Shown here in pieces: positions 37,081 to 49,319 of a stretch of DNA of 64,000 bases. A model generated the notes under the pieces. It made no database searches and was not told the origin of the DNA. It worked only from the letters and a program-made list of their open reading frames with translations. Position numbers and translations under genes: made by a program. Source of the DNA: Fimbriosthenelais zetlandica (Eukaryota). The stretch is from contig OZ365118.1 of assembly GCA_977030845.1 (NCBI GenBank), positions 2,790,001-2,854,000 on the forward strand, read 5' to 3'. Within the stretch, counting starts at the first letter, position 1. Every line of letters starts with the position of its first letter.

Positions 37081-38460
37081 CACCCAGCCTGGCTGCTTCA
37101 CTCCTATACCATTCCCAATACAAACTCACCCAGCCTGGCTGCTTCCCTCCTATACCATTCCCAATACAAACTCACCCAGCCTGGCTGCTTCCCTCCTATA
37201 CCATTCCCAGTACAAACTCACCCAGCCTGGCTGCTTCCCTCCTATACCATTCCCAATACAAACTCACCCAGCCTGGCTGCTTCCCTCCTATACCATTCCC
37301 AATACAAACTCACCCAGCCTGGCTGCTTCCCTCCTATACCATTCCCAGTACAAACTCACCCAGCCTGGCTGCTTCCCTCCTATACCATTCCCAATACAAA
37401 CTCACCCAGCCTGGCTGCTTCCCTCCTATACCATTCCCAATACAAACTCACCCAGCCTGGCTGCTTCCCTCCTATACCATTCCCAATACAAACTCACCCA
37501 GCCTGGCTGCTTCCCTCCTATACCATTCCCAATACAAACTCACCCAGCCTGGCTGCTTCCCTCCTATACCATTCCCAGTACAAACTCACCCAGCCTGGCT
37601 GCTTCCCTCCTATACCATTCCCAGTACAAACCCACCCAGCCTGGCTGCTTCCCTCCTATACCATTCCCAATACAAACTCACCCAGCCTGGCTGCTTCTCT
37701 CCTATACCATTCCCAATACAAACTCACCCAGCCTGGCTGCTTCCCTCCTATACCATTCCCAATACAAACTCACCCAGCCTGGCTGCTTCTCTCCTATACC
37801 ATTCCCAGTACAAACTCACCCAGCCTGGCTGCTTCCCTCCTATACCATTCCCATTACAAACCCACCCAGCCTGGCTGCTTCTCTCCTATACCATTCCCAG
37901 TACAAACCCACCCAGCCTGGCTGCTTCCCTCCTATACCATTCCCAATACAAACTCACCCAGCCTGGCTGCTTCCCTCCTATACCATTCCCAATACAAACT
38001 CACCCAGCCTGGCTGCTTCCCTCCTATACCATTCCCAATACAAACTCACCCAGCCTGGCTGCTTCCCTCCTATACCATCCCCAATACAAACTCACCCAGC
38101 CTGGCTGCTTCCCTCCTATACCATTCCCAGTACAAACTCACCCAGCCTGGCTGCTTCTCTCCTATACCATTCCCAATACAAACTCACCCAGCCTGGCTGC
38201 TTCCCTCCTATACCATCCCCAATACAAACTCACCCAGCCTGGCTGCTTCCCTCCTATACCATCCCCAATACAAACTCACCCAGCCTGGCTGCTTCTCTCC
38301 TATACCATTCCCAGTACAAACTCACCCAGCCTGGCTGCTTCCCTCCTATACCATTCCCAGTACAAACTCACCCAGCCTGGCTGCTTCCCTCCTATACCAT
38401 TCCCAGTACAAACTCACCCAGCCTGGCTGCTTCCCTCCTATACCATTCCCAATACAAACC
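37081..38460. repeat. Minisatellite (VNTR), 30 x 46 bp
   Basis: Unit cacccagcctggctgcttccctcctataccattcccaatacaaact; 1380 bp = 30 x 46, substitutions only, no spacers. Confidence 0.98.
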
Positions 38461-38474
38461 CACCAGGCCCAGGC

Positions 38475-38670
38475 TTTCTTATCTGCCCTCCACTCTCTCC
38501 CCTTCCCCCTCTTCCTCTCTCTACCCTGTCTCCTTTGCCCTCCACTCCTCTGCCCCCACTTCTCCCTTCTTCCCCTTCTCTCCCTTTCTACCGTTTCTCC
38601 CCCTCCCCTGCCTTTTCTCAGTCCCCCACCCCCTCCTCTCCCCCCACCCCCACCCACGCCTCCCTGCCTC
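38475..38670. repeat. C/T-rich low-complexity tract adjoining the VNTR
   Basis: Directly visible. Confidence 0.9.
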
Positions 38671-39016
38671 TGTTTTTACCTTTAGTACTATAGATTAGTG
38701 TGGTGAGCTCAGGTGTTGGTCGGGAGGGAGACAAACATGGCTTTATTCTGGCTTGTTTAAGCCATCCTGGTGATCATGTCTAATCTCCAGCCAATCCTAC
38801 ACCAGCTGCCAAGGCCATGCTCGGTGAGGTGTTGGTGGCGCTGATCTCTTCAAACCTCAGATCTCCTTCATCTCTCTGGGCTCGTCTCAACCCCTACTAG
38901 CTTGACCACCAGGCCCAGGCCTTCTCAAATTATCCTTCATCCTTTTTGGGTTTTGTTTCTGCCTTTGGGACAATTACTCGGGAAGGAAATGTTCCGAAAT
39001 TACTGATAATATAATA

Positions 39017-39126
39017 CAAATATATGAAGATAGTCATACAATTATATGAAGATAGTCATACAAATATATGAAGATAGTCATACAAATATATGAAGATAGT
39101 CATACAAATATATGAAGACAGTCATA
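39017..39126. repeat. Tandem repeat, 5 x 22 bp (caaatatatgaagatagtcata)
   Basis: Five near-identical copies. Confidence 0.95.
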
Positions 39127-40890
39127 AAGAATGTATGGGTTTCTATGACTACTTTCATGTTTACCTGCTCCCATCGAACACCCCTTTGTACCTAACTTAA
39201 TTTTTAGTATAATTTAACTTGATTTTTTAATCAATTTTTATGGAGTAACAAAAGACCTGAGCAAATCTGGTTGAGGACAAGAGTGGGTTGAAAGTCGCAG
39301 GTAGAAGACAATGCTGGCAGCCCGCCCTGACCACCTCTCTTTGGTGTCCAGAAAGCCATGGTCGGGGATGAGGGGCCAGCACGTGCCTCTTTGCTGTCCA
39401 GCTGGCTTAGCAAACCTTTGACCCACATGTAAAGGTGCGTGAGATTGGCCTTAGAGGATAGTGGCCGGGAAAGTGGCGTGAAATACAGGCGAGCGGTGGG
39501 ATGTGGGTTTGCGGGTCATTTAGTTATCAGATTGCACTGCCAGGGAGTTCTTTGAAGAAGTCAGGTCTCCTCACTTAGAACATATTTCATACTGCTCCTA
39601 AAGACTTTAACAACTGAAAAACACTCCCACTGATAAAGATCTCACAAGAGTTGTACCAACTTAAGGAAAAAGAGTCAGAAACTGTTGACTTGTCCGAAGA
39701 AGGCAATGTTGATTCTTTGAGACCAAAAGATCTCCCAATCCTTCCTAACCTTGTACTCGGTGTTTTCTGACCGTCTTCCTGTGCACACACCGACTTCAGC
39801 CACTTTTTCAGCTTTTCTACTACCAGATGCATGGTTGGCATGGTAACGGAAGTAGATAATCTAATCACATCCCCGGATGACATTGGTAGGTCATGCTCTA
39901 AATTACCAGACCTTCAACTTAATATGTTCAATCCCCATGGCCATGAGTCCACGTGCAAGCCCAGGAAAATAGAAGGCCACCGTTTAATTTTGGGGTCAGT
40001 TTCATTGATGGCTGCTGGAATCCATTCATGTCTATTGCCTTTTCTGAAGGAATCTTTTGAATGATCTGCCGAGTCACCTTTTTCATCTCATTGTCAATTT
40101 GACTGAATTATTGCTCTTTGAAGTCTGCATCAAGTAAAACCAGCCGCGCGACCCCACCTGCCCAATAATTAAAAGTCTAAAGGAATATTCTTTTGTAATT
40201 AATTATAAAAACTACTGGCAATGATTGTTATTTTTATCCAATTACAATCGTCAATCAAAGTTGCTGCTTTTGTTGACTCCTCAGCGTAAACAAGTCAGGT
40301 TCTATAAAATATTTCCAGTGAAAGCAGCAGTTATTTAAATTTAAATTGATTTTAGTGAACATGTCTTTTATTCCTTTTTCATCCAGCTTGATCATACTGG
40401 CAGGTACTATTGTTACTAATATCAACGAGTATCGTGGATAACATGATCTGTCTATACAGTTTAATAATGTTTATTGGACAGTTTGGGAAGACAGCTTCTT
40501 CCTCTAGACTATGTGAGACTTTGTTGAATTATTCCCATTACACATACCTCACTTCAAATCAAAACAGAGAAAGTCTTCACAAATCCCCGCTAACAATGAT
40601 CACTTATTTACCATACAGGCGTGACAGTGAGCAAAATCTTATTTGACATTTAAACCCATTTGCATGTAGGAAATCCCTTTAAATATAAAGAGGCTTAAGG
40701 AGTGGCTGTTCTCTAAACTTCTTCTGATTTCTAATAGAGACTGACATTTCACCCAAGTCGTGCCTAAAATCTTTACTTTTCTTTCTGTTGTAATCCTTGA
40801 AAGCACTCAATTTATTTTAAATTTTCTTGTGACTCATCCCAAAGTCATACATTATTACCAAGTTGTCTGAGGTACGAAAAACTATAAAGG

Positions 40891-41053
40891 GTAACTAAGA
40901 AAATCATCCCTGTCTTTAGAAAACCATTTTATTTCAGGAAGCATTTTTCTTAAAGCATAGAATGATTGACTCTAAAAGTGTAACTAAGAAAATCATCATT
41001 TTTTGAGAAAGCTTTTCTTTAAATTCATGCATAGAATAATTGTCTCTAAAAGT
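40891..41053. repeat. Degenerate tandem duplication, about 89-bp period
   Basis: gtaactaagaaaatcatc and gcatagaat.attg.ctctaaaagt each occur twice. Confidence 0.8.
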
Positions 41054-41291
41054 CTAATCCATCTTTACAATATTAATACTATGGCTCATGATATGATGAT
41101 ATTCATATCTCTATAGATTCAGATATTTACTCTAAAGCCACAAAAACCACACTATAAGGTGCTTTATTTCCTTCCCTTTGTAACAAGCTCATCTCTCGGA
41201 TCAATGGTGAACACAATCAAGTGTAATGTTAAGAAGACCCTGACATAAAATCCCCCCTGCATCATTTTGATTCTCTCCTCTTTCTCTTCAG

Positions 41292-41416
41292 GTGGATCAA
41301 AATGTTGGGCGTCGTCTCGTAACTCGGGGACTTCTCTCAACCTGTCTCACATGGATGTCACCTCCAACTCTTCACTCAGACAAACTTCCACAACTCAAAA
41401 CAACAAACATGATCAG
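41292..41416 (+). other. Strong exon candidate (125 nt) with three tandem donors
   Basis: Acceptor ttctctcctctttctcttcag, donor CAG|gtaagt 41417; further donors gtgagt 41465 and gtaagt 41474. Confidence 0.45.
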
Positions 41417-41849
41417 GTAAGTGAAATACACGGCAACACATCTCAAAATGAAAAGTATTATGAGGTGAGTGAAGTAAGTGAAATGTCTCATGTCAGTCTC
41501 TTATAGTTGTAAGATGTGTATAATTCACATTTTCCTTTCAGACTTACTTTCGTATCTCACTTTGTTCCGGACAGAACTTCTGATAACATTTTGTTTACAG
41601 TTTCATGCTTCTGAATCATATAGATATCCACTTCCTTTTGATCTCAGAATGCAGCTAATTGCACTTTATCACACATATGGTCACCAACTGCAATAGATTT
41701 GAAACTCATTCTGGACTTAGTTTAGTACTATTTTCTTCACCAAATATAAAAAAAAAATCAAACAAAATCCTTGATGAATAAGGGATAAAAAGTGTGCATA
41801 ATTTTGATGATGGAGTGTGGTAGGAGCGAGGCCCATCCATCAGTCTTAA

Positions 41850-42360
41850 TATCCTCTCATTTCACTTTGCTGGCTGGCTTGACGGCAATCCAAATCAACA
41901 CACCTGATGGCTTCTATAATTGTTATTGATGAAGGTACTTCACTAAGCCATACCACCATACACACCTGCTAATTGCCTCATAAAGGCCCAGGCACATAGA
42001 ATGGCCATAGAACCCTAATTGCGGACTTCAGCAATGGCCGCCAAACCAGAGAAGGTGTTCCCGATTAGGCGGCTAGATCAGATTGTGATACAATGATGAT
42101 ACATTGAGGTGTTGGTCGCCACTCTAAACCTTTAGTTTGAGACCTGGAGCCTGTTTCCAAACTGAAAATTAGCCATGGGCTTAGCATTGGTAATATTTCT
42201 TTTGAAGCAGGTCCCTGATCTTTGGTCAGGTATGGGTCTATACTATGAAGTCTCGTAGTCAATGGAAATTCAGTCTGAGATACTGCACTGTAAATCAAAT
42301 ATAAAAATCCCTCCTTATGTGATAGAACCATGAGGAAAGAGCTAAGCAATTGTTGAGCTT
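41850..42360 (-). mobile_element. Decayed L1 3' fragment
   Basis: HKEGFLYLIY...TTRLHSIDP and HLLW...C..PQL.FY resemble HQE..YK...TP.RLH.I.P and H..W.CP.L..FW. Confidence 0.33.
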
Positions 42361-42462
42361 TGACCTAAGCTTTCTTGCCAGTACATCATCCCACGAATAA
42401 GGTCTTAAAGTGAACTGCCTATACATATATCTTTGAGAACTTTAGCAGCAGAGAGATGGCAT

Positions 42463-42574
42463 AGAGAGAGGACGAGATAGAGAGACAGAGAAAGAGTGAG
42501 ACAGAGAGAGAGACTGAGAGAGAGAAAGAGAGACAGAGACAGACAGACAGAGAGAGACTGAGAGAGAGAGAGAG
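42463..42574. repeat. (GA)n/(GACA)n microsatellite
   Basis: Directly visible. Confidence 0.95.
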
Positions 42575-44413
42575 CTGGGAGATGATAGGGACGTCTGCCT
42601 CACAGATAAAGCATCTAAGCCCTCAGGTTACATTAGATAGTGAAGATAGCACCATCAGACTGATGCCTGGTCATGTTGAGATGTAGGTGACGAGTTTGTG
42701 TATGAATCATACCGTGTCACGATCATTATCATGATCATATCATGTAACACGAAACGCTTACAAACATGTCACGACTCCAAATACGCTCTTTTATTATCAC
42801 TTTTTCACCATCAGATACCCATCTCCCTTCCCTTCTCTCATCCCCCTCCCCCTCCCTAGTTCCCCTTCTCCCCTTCCCTACTTCCCCTTGTTTTCTCCAC
42901 GTCTCTAAGACTTTCCATAATGACGTCATGTGTCAGTTTGACTTCACCATGGTAACGCGTTTATTACAATGGACGTGGGCTGCCTGCGCATGACCAACTC
43001 ATTACGTCTCAATGACGGCCATAGTGCCTCACTTTCTTTGATCCTTCACTTGGATCCTCAAGTGGCGGCCCGATCCATTTCCGCGCTACAGACCTTCCCC
43101 CTTCCCCGTCTCCCTCCTCTCCTCCTTTTCCTCCCGGATTACAGGTTCCCGGGTAGGGTTTTAATGTCCCTAGGGACTTTCAAGTCTCCAATGTACTGCA
43201 CATGAAAAAAACATGTAAGAGTATGGATTCTTGTGATTTTTTAACACCCATGCATAACATTTTCCCGCTGACATTTTCCAATTTAATGGAAGTGTGTTTC
43301 TTACACATAGCTGCCCTATTCCTGTGGGAAAGTCATTTTTTGGGTGAATGAGTTTATAATATTTTTTTTTACAAATCTGACATTCCTACTACGACATAAT
43401 TATATAATTTCCTTAGAGGAATCCAAGCGTCAAAGGAATCTGAAGTTGCACCCTTTTCATTAGCCCCAAATGATGGGGTGAAGACGATTGAAGTTTTGGA
43501 ACATCTTGAAAATCATTTCGGTAATTTTGGTCTGTGGGGTCTATAAAATATTTTAAGATAAACTATATGAGAATAACTAAATGACAAGGCAAGTCAAAGA
43601 CTCTGTTCCATGGTTGCGTGGTAAGGTGTTATCCACCGTTTTTGTGAATATTATTCTATGTTTATAGATGAGAAGAGAAGCTATTTGAATATGTAGTCTA
43701 TAATGAAGGCTTCAATAGCTGCTGCCGTGAAGACACATTGTATAAAGAAATGACTTGTTCCATCTCCACCACAGAATGAAGCGTACAGATAGGCAGGACC
43801 CTGTCATTGTCTCACATTACCACATTTCTACAGTACAATGCCATTATTCATTCAAACATTTCTTCCCTCTTTTCAAAGATGAAACATTCAACATTTGCTG
43901 ACTGACCTTTCCTCTGTGAAATCTCGATGATCTAGCCATGAATATTGAGACATTTCCTAACAGTTCCCCTTATTATTACAAGTGAATCTGGCCTTTTTCA
44001 TATTCCATTATATATCAGAATAGTCTTATTTGATTCGATTCGGTAAAAACGGTGATTAAATTGATGCGTTATTAATGGGCAGTGGATTAATGTGGTGTGT
44101 AGTATATAAAGTGGGGCTTTTTCTCCAGGTGTATACCCCTCCCTGTCTCCGTCCCGCTTGCTCACCTCTCTACCCATCCACCTTACTCTTGTCAATGTTC
44201 CCTCAAGTATTCCTGACACCTTCTCCCCTGCCACCTCCCCCCCCGACCCTACTGTCCACCTCCAGGTCACTCATATCACTAGCCACTGTCCAGGGACTTG
44301 CCCGATACCCTTTCTTAAAGAGTTTAGGGTCAAAAGGGCATGGCCCTGCGGTACAAAGGGCACTGAAGCTGCGATAGTTCCTCAGACGGCTGCCACTATA
44401 GCGTATCCATAGC

Positions 44414-44461
44414 ATGGGGAAGACCCAATCACGCCAATTTGAGAGCTCGCATGGAGGGGAG
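44414..44461 (+). CDS. Candidate start exon MGKTQSRQFESSHGGE
   Basis: Kozak agcATGG, 16 codons, then GAG|gtgagt (44462). Confidence 0.18.
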
Positions 44462-47379
44462 GTGAGTGGGGGAAGGTGGGGAGGTCAGAGTCAGGGACAT
44501 AACTTGGTGCAGAGTCATAATACGGAGATTCTCCCCGCTCCCCGGAGGTGCATGTGTCAGCCGACTCATAAAACGGACATTGGTCAATGTGTGAGGCCGT
44601 GTGTGCATGCATGAAAAGCGCCTGGCTTTAACTCCCAATGGTGCCTTCCAACTAATGGCCCTTTACCTTAGAGACCACCTCTTAAAATCTCCGAGTCCGC
44701 CGTGTGTCATTTTCACCTACCAACTAACTCTTTCCTTGCTGGCATTATTATCATAATCTTCCCTCAAAAAGCCATTTGTCTATGTCGCCGCACTTCAAAA
44801 CCCAATAATCAAAATGTCCACAGTCCTCAAGTACGGACTTGATTCAATAGAATGGGATTGAAAATGTATTTTCTATGTTCCATTCAGGGTAAAACGTGTT
44901 TAATCTTGGTTAAGGAATAGGACAACATTTGTGAGAACCCAGAGCAAGCAGTTCCCAATGAGTCCCCAGTGCTCCACAATATTTGCCCCCAATTGTGTCT
45001 TCCTTGAAAAGAAAATATAGGTCGGATATCTTACTGGGAGAAACATGAATTTTTCACCATTTCTTGCGGCGACATTTTGCGGCGGAATGCTGGGAGAGAG
45101 AGCACCGTGGGAGCTTGGCTTCATTAACATTTGATGAAGATGGACAGTAAAATATTAGCCCATCCCAACAGATTCCTTCCAGTTACAGCAAAATCATCCG
45201 TGAGCATTTTTTGGTTGAATTTGATGAATGACCGATCTTATTCAAAGATAAAAATTCAATGATTAAACCACATGGACGTAAACAGCCTAAAGCTGGCTGC
45301 CCGCCCGCCTGCCCCAATGTTTACGACCAGATTATTTTTTCCACGGGCCCCAATATTGTGGATAATAAACTTTAAGTATGGAATAAATTTACTGGTCGGG
45401 CCAGTTGAGGCCGGAATTTTCCCCCACTTTCAGACACTGTCTCTTTACATAGCCCCGGTCGATAGATCTATCCTTACATTAGCAATGATTGTCCTTTGGC
45501 ATGATTTGAATGGACAATGCCATGGGGGTGTGGGTGGGGCGGGTGTGTCTGGAATGGAGGACAAGGGGAGGGATGGGAGTGGGCAAGTGGCACCCACCAA
45601 TAATAGAGGCGATGGGTGGAGGGTTATGGTGAGGGTAGAGGGCTTGAGAAATTCACTTAACCCCCGGTGCTAGCTCACCGTTTATCAGTCGTGGAGGTAG
45701 GTGGGGATGACCCCCCGCGAGCAGATGATCTGCTCACCATGGTTATAGATGAGTTACTCATTCAAATCACCATGGCAACCAATGGTGCCACCCTGGAGAA
45801 GATGGTACGGCATGGAAGGAGGGGGGGGGGGGGGGTCTGAGGGGGGTAGACAACGTCTGGGAGGGGTGGGAGGGGCAGAGTTAGGGCCAAAGATCTGTAT
45901 TTGGTAATGATGATTATATAGCAATTACCGTCTGAGTTGATTATTCAGAATATGAATATCTTAAATATCTTATTTTATTGGATGCACCATTTAGTTATTG
46001 CTTCATTATTACACATTTTTAAAGTACCGGATCAATGTAATATGCCAGTTTATGGTAAAATATAACCAGACAAACGTCAATTAATTATGAGTAAAATCCC
46101 ACAATGTTCCATTATTGTACATTAAAGCCGCAGTCAGTCATTCCTCTCTCGGTGCGTTCTCATTGTATCCCATGCTCTCACAATTTTACCACAAATTCCC
46201 CCGCACAAAAACAAGCCAGAGAAGCGGTGAAGATAACTACATTTAAACATTAAAATGATGGTCGGCTGGTGGCAAGTTATCATTGTGTGAGCTGATTGAC
46301 ATGTTGGCAGGCATCTTTGTCTGAATGATGGACCGGTCCAGCTTCCAGCCCCTGGCTCCGTATTGTTGGCCAGGGCTAATGAGAAGCGTGCCAATCGACC
46401 AACTCAAAAATCACTTCTTGGTTTCTAATTCCTTCATATTTCAATCCAGACCCGCCGGCCAGCCCACTCGTCGACATGTTGGGATGTTGTGCCACTGCTT
46501 CCAAATTGGGAGATTTCTTAATTAAACATACTGTACAATATTTCACCTTCCAAAATATTATGATTTCTCAAGCTTATTTCTTACATTCCAAGCTATGCGG
46601 GGGATAAAGGAGCATCTACACTTTAAAGCAATTGTTTAAAATTCAGTCTACAAAGAGGATCACCATCGCTATTCATCTTTCTAATAATGCAAACTTCCAA
46701 TAGAGAATGTCAAATAGATACAGATACAAGATTATTGAATTGATTCATACATTTTTGAGCTATGGAGCAATTGAAGGATTAGAATTTCCTTCACTATCTG
46801 TCAGAAAGGGAGACAAACACTGTAAGCTTGTATTTTTAAACTGGCCGCAGTTTCAACTCATTTGCATTTTGAAATTGACGGCCCTCTAATTGAAACGTTA
46901 CAGTTCATGAATTATCCTTCTCCTCCTTTCTGAGCAGGCAGATATATTTATGATCGTATTAGAATGATTTTGTCCAATAATATTGGTCATAATACTGACA
47001 TTTTAACAGAAACATTTTCGCTCCAAAATGGCCTTCACCTATGTCCACTTTTCCTATACTTCTTCCTACTCCACTATTAGAAAAGAGGTAGAGCTTGTAT
47101 ATCCGTATACTTGATAGAGATCCTCGTTATCTGATTATCTTGACAAAGAAAGAGTGACTCTCCAAGATCCTATCTTCAGAGAAACCATATCAGTACTGTA
47201 CATGAATCTACTTTGTAATCACCACTGTGCCATCCTCCAACACCTCTGTAAGTCAGCCATGTTTAGGTGTAACACTCACAAAGCAACACCCTGATAGATG
47301 CCAGTATGTACAAGCACTCAACACCTCTCTCATGTCAAAATCGAGCACTGGTGAGGGAATAGTAATACCATGTACACAC

Positions 47380-47586
47380 TAAGCCCGTCCGCCACTGCTG
47401 CGATTTTGCTTGTGAAACTACTGCGACAAAGTTGATGCTTGTGTCACAATAAAATTTATAAAATAATCGAAATTTCCTAGGGCTTAAGGCCGTTCTTCAC
47501 TGGTGTATTTTTCATTGGGACGCAAGCATCACTTTTGTTGCTATTGTGTCGCAAGCAAAATCGCAGCAGTGGAGTCTTGGATTTAG
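47380..47586 (+). mobile_element. MITE family 1, copy C
   Basis: Perfect 21-bp inverted repeat ccactgctgcgattttgcttg (47392) / caagcaaaatcgcagcagtgg (ends 47572); internal gcTTAAggcc. Confidence 0.9.
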
Positions 47587-48164
47587 GGTTGGGCAGGAAA
47601 TTGTTCAAGGCATTATTAGAAATGGCAAAATCTGTCACCAACCGATCTGTACAGTGGAACCAAGCCTTAAGGCCTGACTTGCTACATTCAAGTTAGAAAT
47701 TTCAGGTCTTGTAAAAGTGGTGCAATATGACATGTAAATCGAGGGTGACAGCCCACTAATGGCCGCGCCAGAACGCTTCACACGCCGCAAAGGTACCCGA
47801 GAAATCATTGTAAAGGAACAGAGGAGTCAAGTGTGTTCCCGTGAAAATTACTCCTGATGGGGGCTGTCTCCTAAAATTAACACCACGCTCATTGTCCACA
47901 GTCTAGATCTATGTAGATAATGGATTTGACCCCCCACCAGTGCTAACTTCTCACCCTCAATGTGTGCTGGTGAAAAACGCTCCAATACTCCGTGTTATGA
48001 TGGGAATTAACCACTTTAAAGTCCTGAGGTATGCTCAATATTATCCAATTAAGTTTGTCGGATATTGTAAACGTTAGAGTTTATTTAGAGAAATATTATG
48101 TAATTTATTCATGGAATGAAATTATTTTGCTGTCCCTCAATCTTCAATTTCACTCCCTGAATGC

Positions 48165-48280
48165 CTGTCTTTCTGTCTGTCCTTTTCTCTCTCTCCCTCT
48201 CTCTCTCTCCCTCTCTCTCTATCTCCCTTTCTCTACCCCTCCCTCCTTCCCCTCATGTTTCCCTCTCCTCCCTCTCCCTT
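48165..48280. repeat. (CT)n-rich tract
   Basis: Directly visible. Confidence 0.95.
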
Positions 48281-49139
48281 AAAACCATCGGAAACTGCTC
48301 AACCTGAGCGGAACTCTGATCCCTTTTCTCTCAAGTACCATTCTGCCATCCAAATCAGTGATCATTGAATACTGGTAGAGATAAATCCGGGCGGGCATGC
48401 GACCACCCATGTCACATTATGGGCTTGTACGTTACATTCCCAGCCTCCCAAAGCCGGCAATGTTTTATATGCTGAATATAGGGACAATAGGAAGTCATGG
48501 GATCACAGCTTGTGTCCATGCTAGGCTCGGGGAGCCGGCCGCAGTGATTGCCCTTGTAGACTGGGTCTCATCTATCCAACCCCCACACCTACTAGCTGCT
48601 AGTCGCTGGCCAGAACAGTGGTTTAGAACAAATGAAGTGCAGATCTCCAATGGCACAAATGGAAACAAATGTAATTGTGGGTGGAAAGCGTGGCTAGATT
48701 CAATTACCATGACTGTGGCGTGCCACCTCACATGAGCATTGTTCATCCCGACCATACTGGGCCCAGCTCTAGGCCTTTTTCTCCCTCAGGGGTGTAGAGG
48801 CCCCGGCTCCAAAATGGATGCTTCACAAAAAAAATGTGTAAGCTGGGTATGCATGGGTGCCCCCGGGGGTAGGGCCCCCATTCCCCCGGGGCAGGGCATG
48901 CAGGTATCCTCCCAACCCAGCCCACTCTGGGGAAATAATACTGACATGGTCAGGGTATGCATTTTACATGCATTCTCCTGACTGCATTCCTCGTAAAACA
49001 GTATTTTCTCATTGGTTCTCAGATACAATTATGTACATGATTCTCATGTGCTATTCCCAACACATTAAGCAATGAACCCAGTGACCTTCCCCAACCTATT
49101 CCGAGAAGCTAGTGCTCCGCTGGTATGTAACAATGAGGA

Positions 49140-49319
49140 ATGAGATTACTGTATGTCGACTGAAAGATGACTTTTGTCACAATGCAAAATGCTTCGTGAA
49201 GGAGGACCTTAAGGCCTTGGGCACTCCGAACACGATTTATAAATTTCATTGCAACACAATTATCATATTTGTCGCAGCAATGTCGCAAACAAAATCGCAG
49301 ATGTGGAAGACATCCTGAA
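49140..49319 (-). mobile_element. MITE family 1, copy D (reverse orientation, diverged)
   Basis: gaggaccTTAAggcc...tttataaat...gtcgcaaacaaaatcgcag.tgtgg. Confidence 0.75.

Noticed and set aside
37081-38460. CRISPR array
   Set aside because: Head-to-tail 46-bp units with no unique spacers, no cas genes, and a eukaryotic context.
39587-40110. 98-aa minus ORF and protein-like plus frame (LIKISQELYQLKEKE...)
   Set aside because: No usable splice boundaries. Nearby IQKIPSEKAIDMNGF loosely resembles the LINE KAPGPDGF motif, so this is probably TE debris, but too weak to annotate.
41947-41957. 5S rRNA-like gccataccacc
   Set aside because: Only 11 nt match; the flanks are unrelated.
43883-43892. 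miR-181-like aacattcaac
   Set aside because: 10-nt match only, no hairpin.
44414-44461. Similarity of MGKTQS to NKD1/NKD2 (MGKL(H/Q)SK)
   Set aside because: The following residues lack the conserved RRESPEGDSF; no gene symbol assigned.
45730-45750. Minus-strand accATG|gtgagc start-codon exon
   Set aside because: No upstream acceptor or promoter and no downstream minus-strand coding chain could be assembled.
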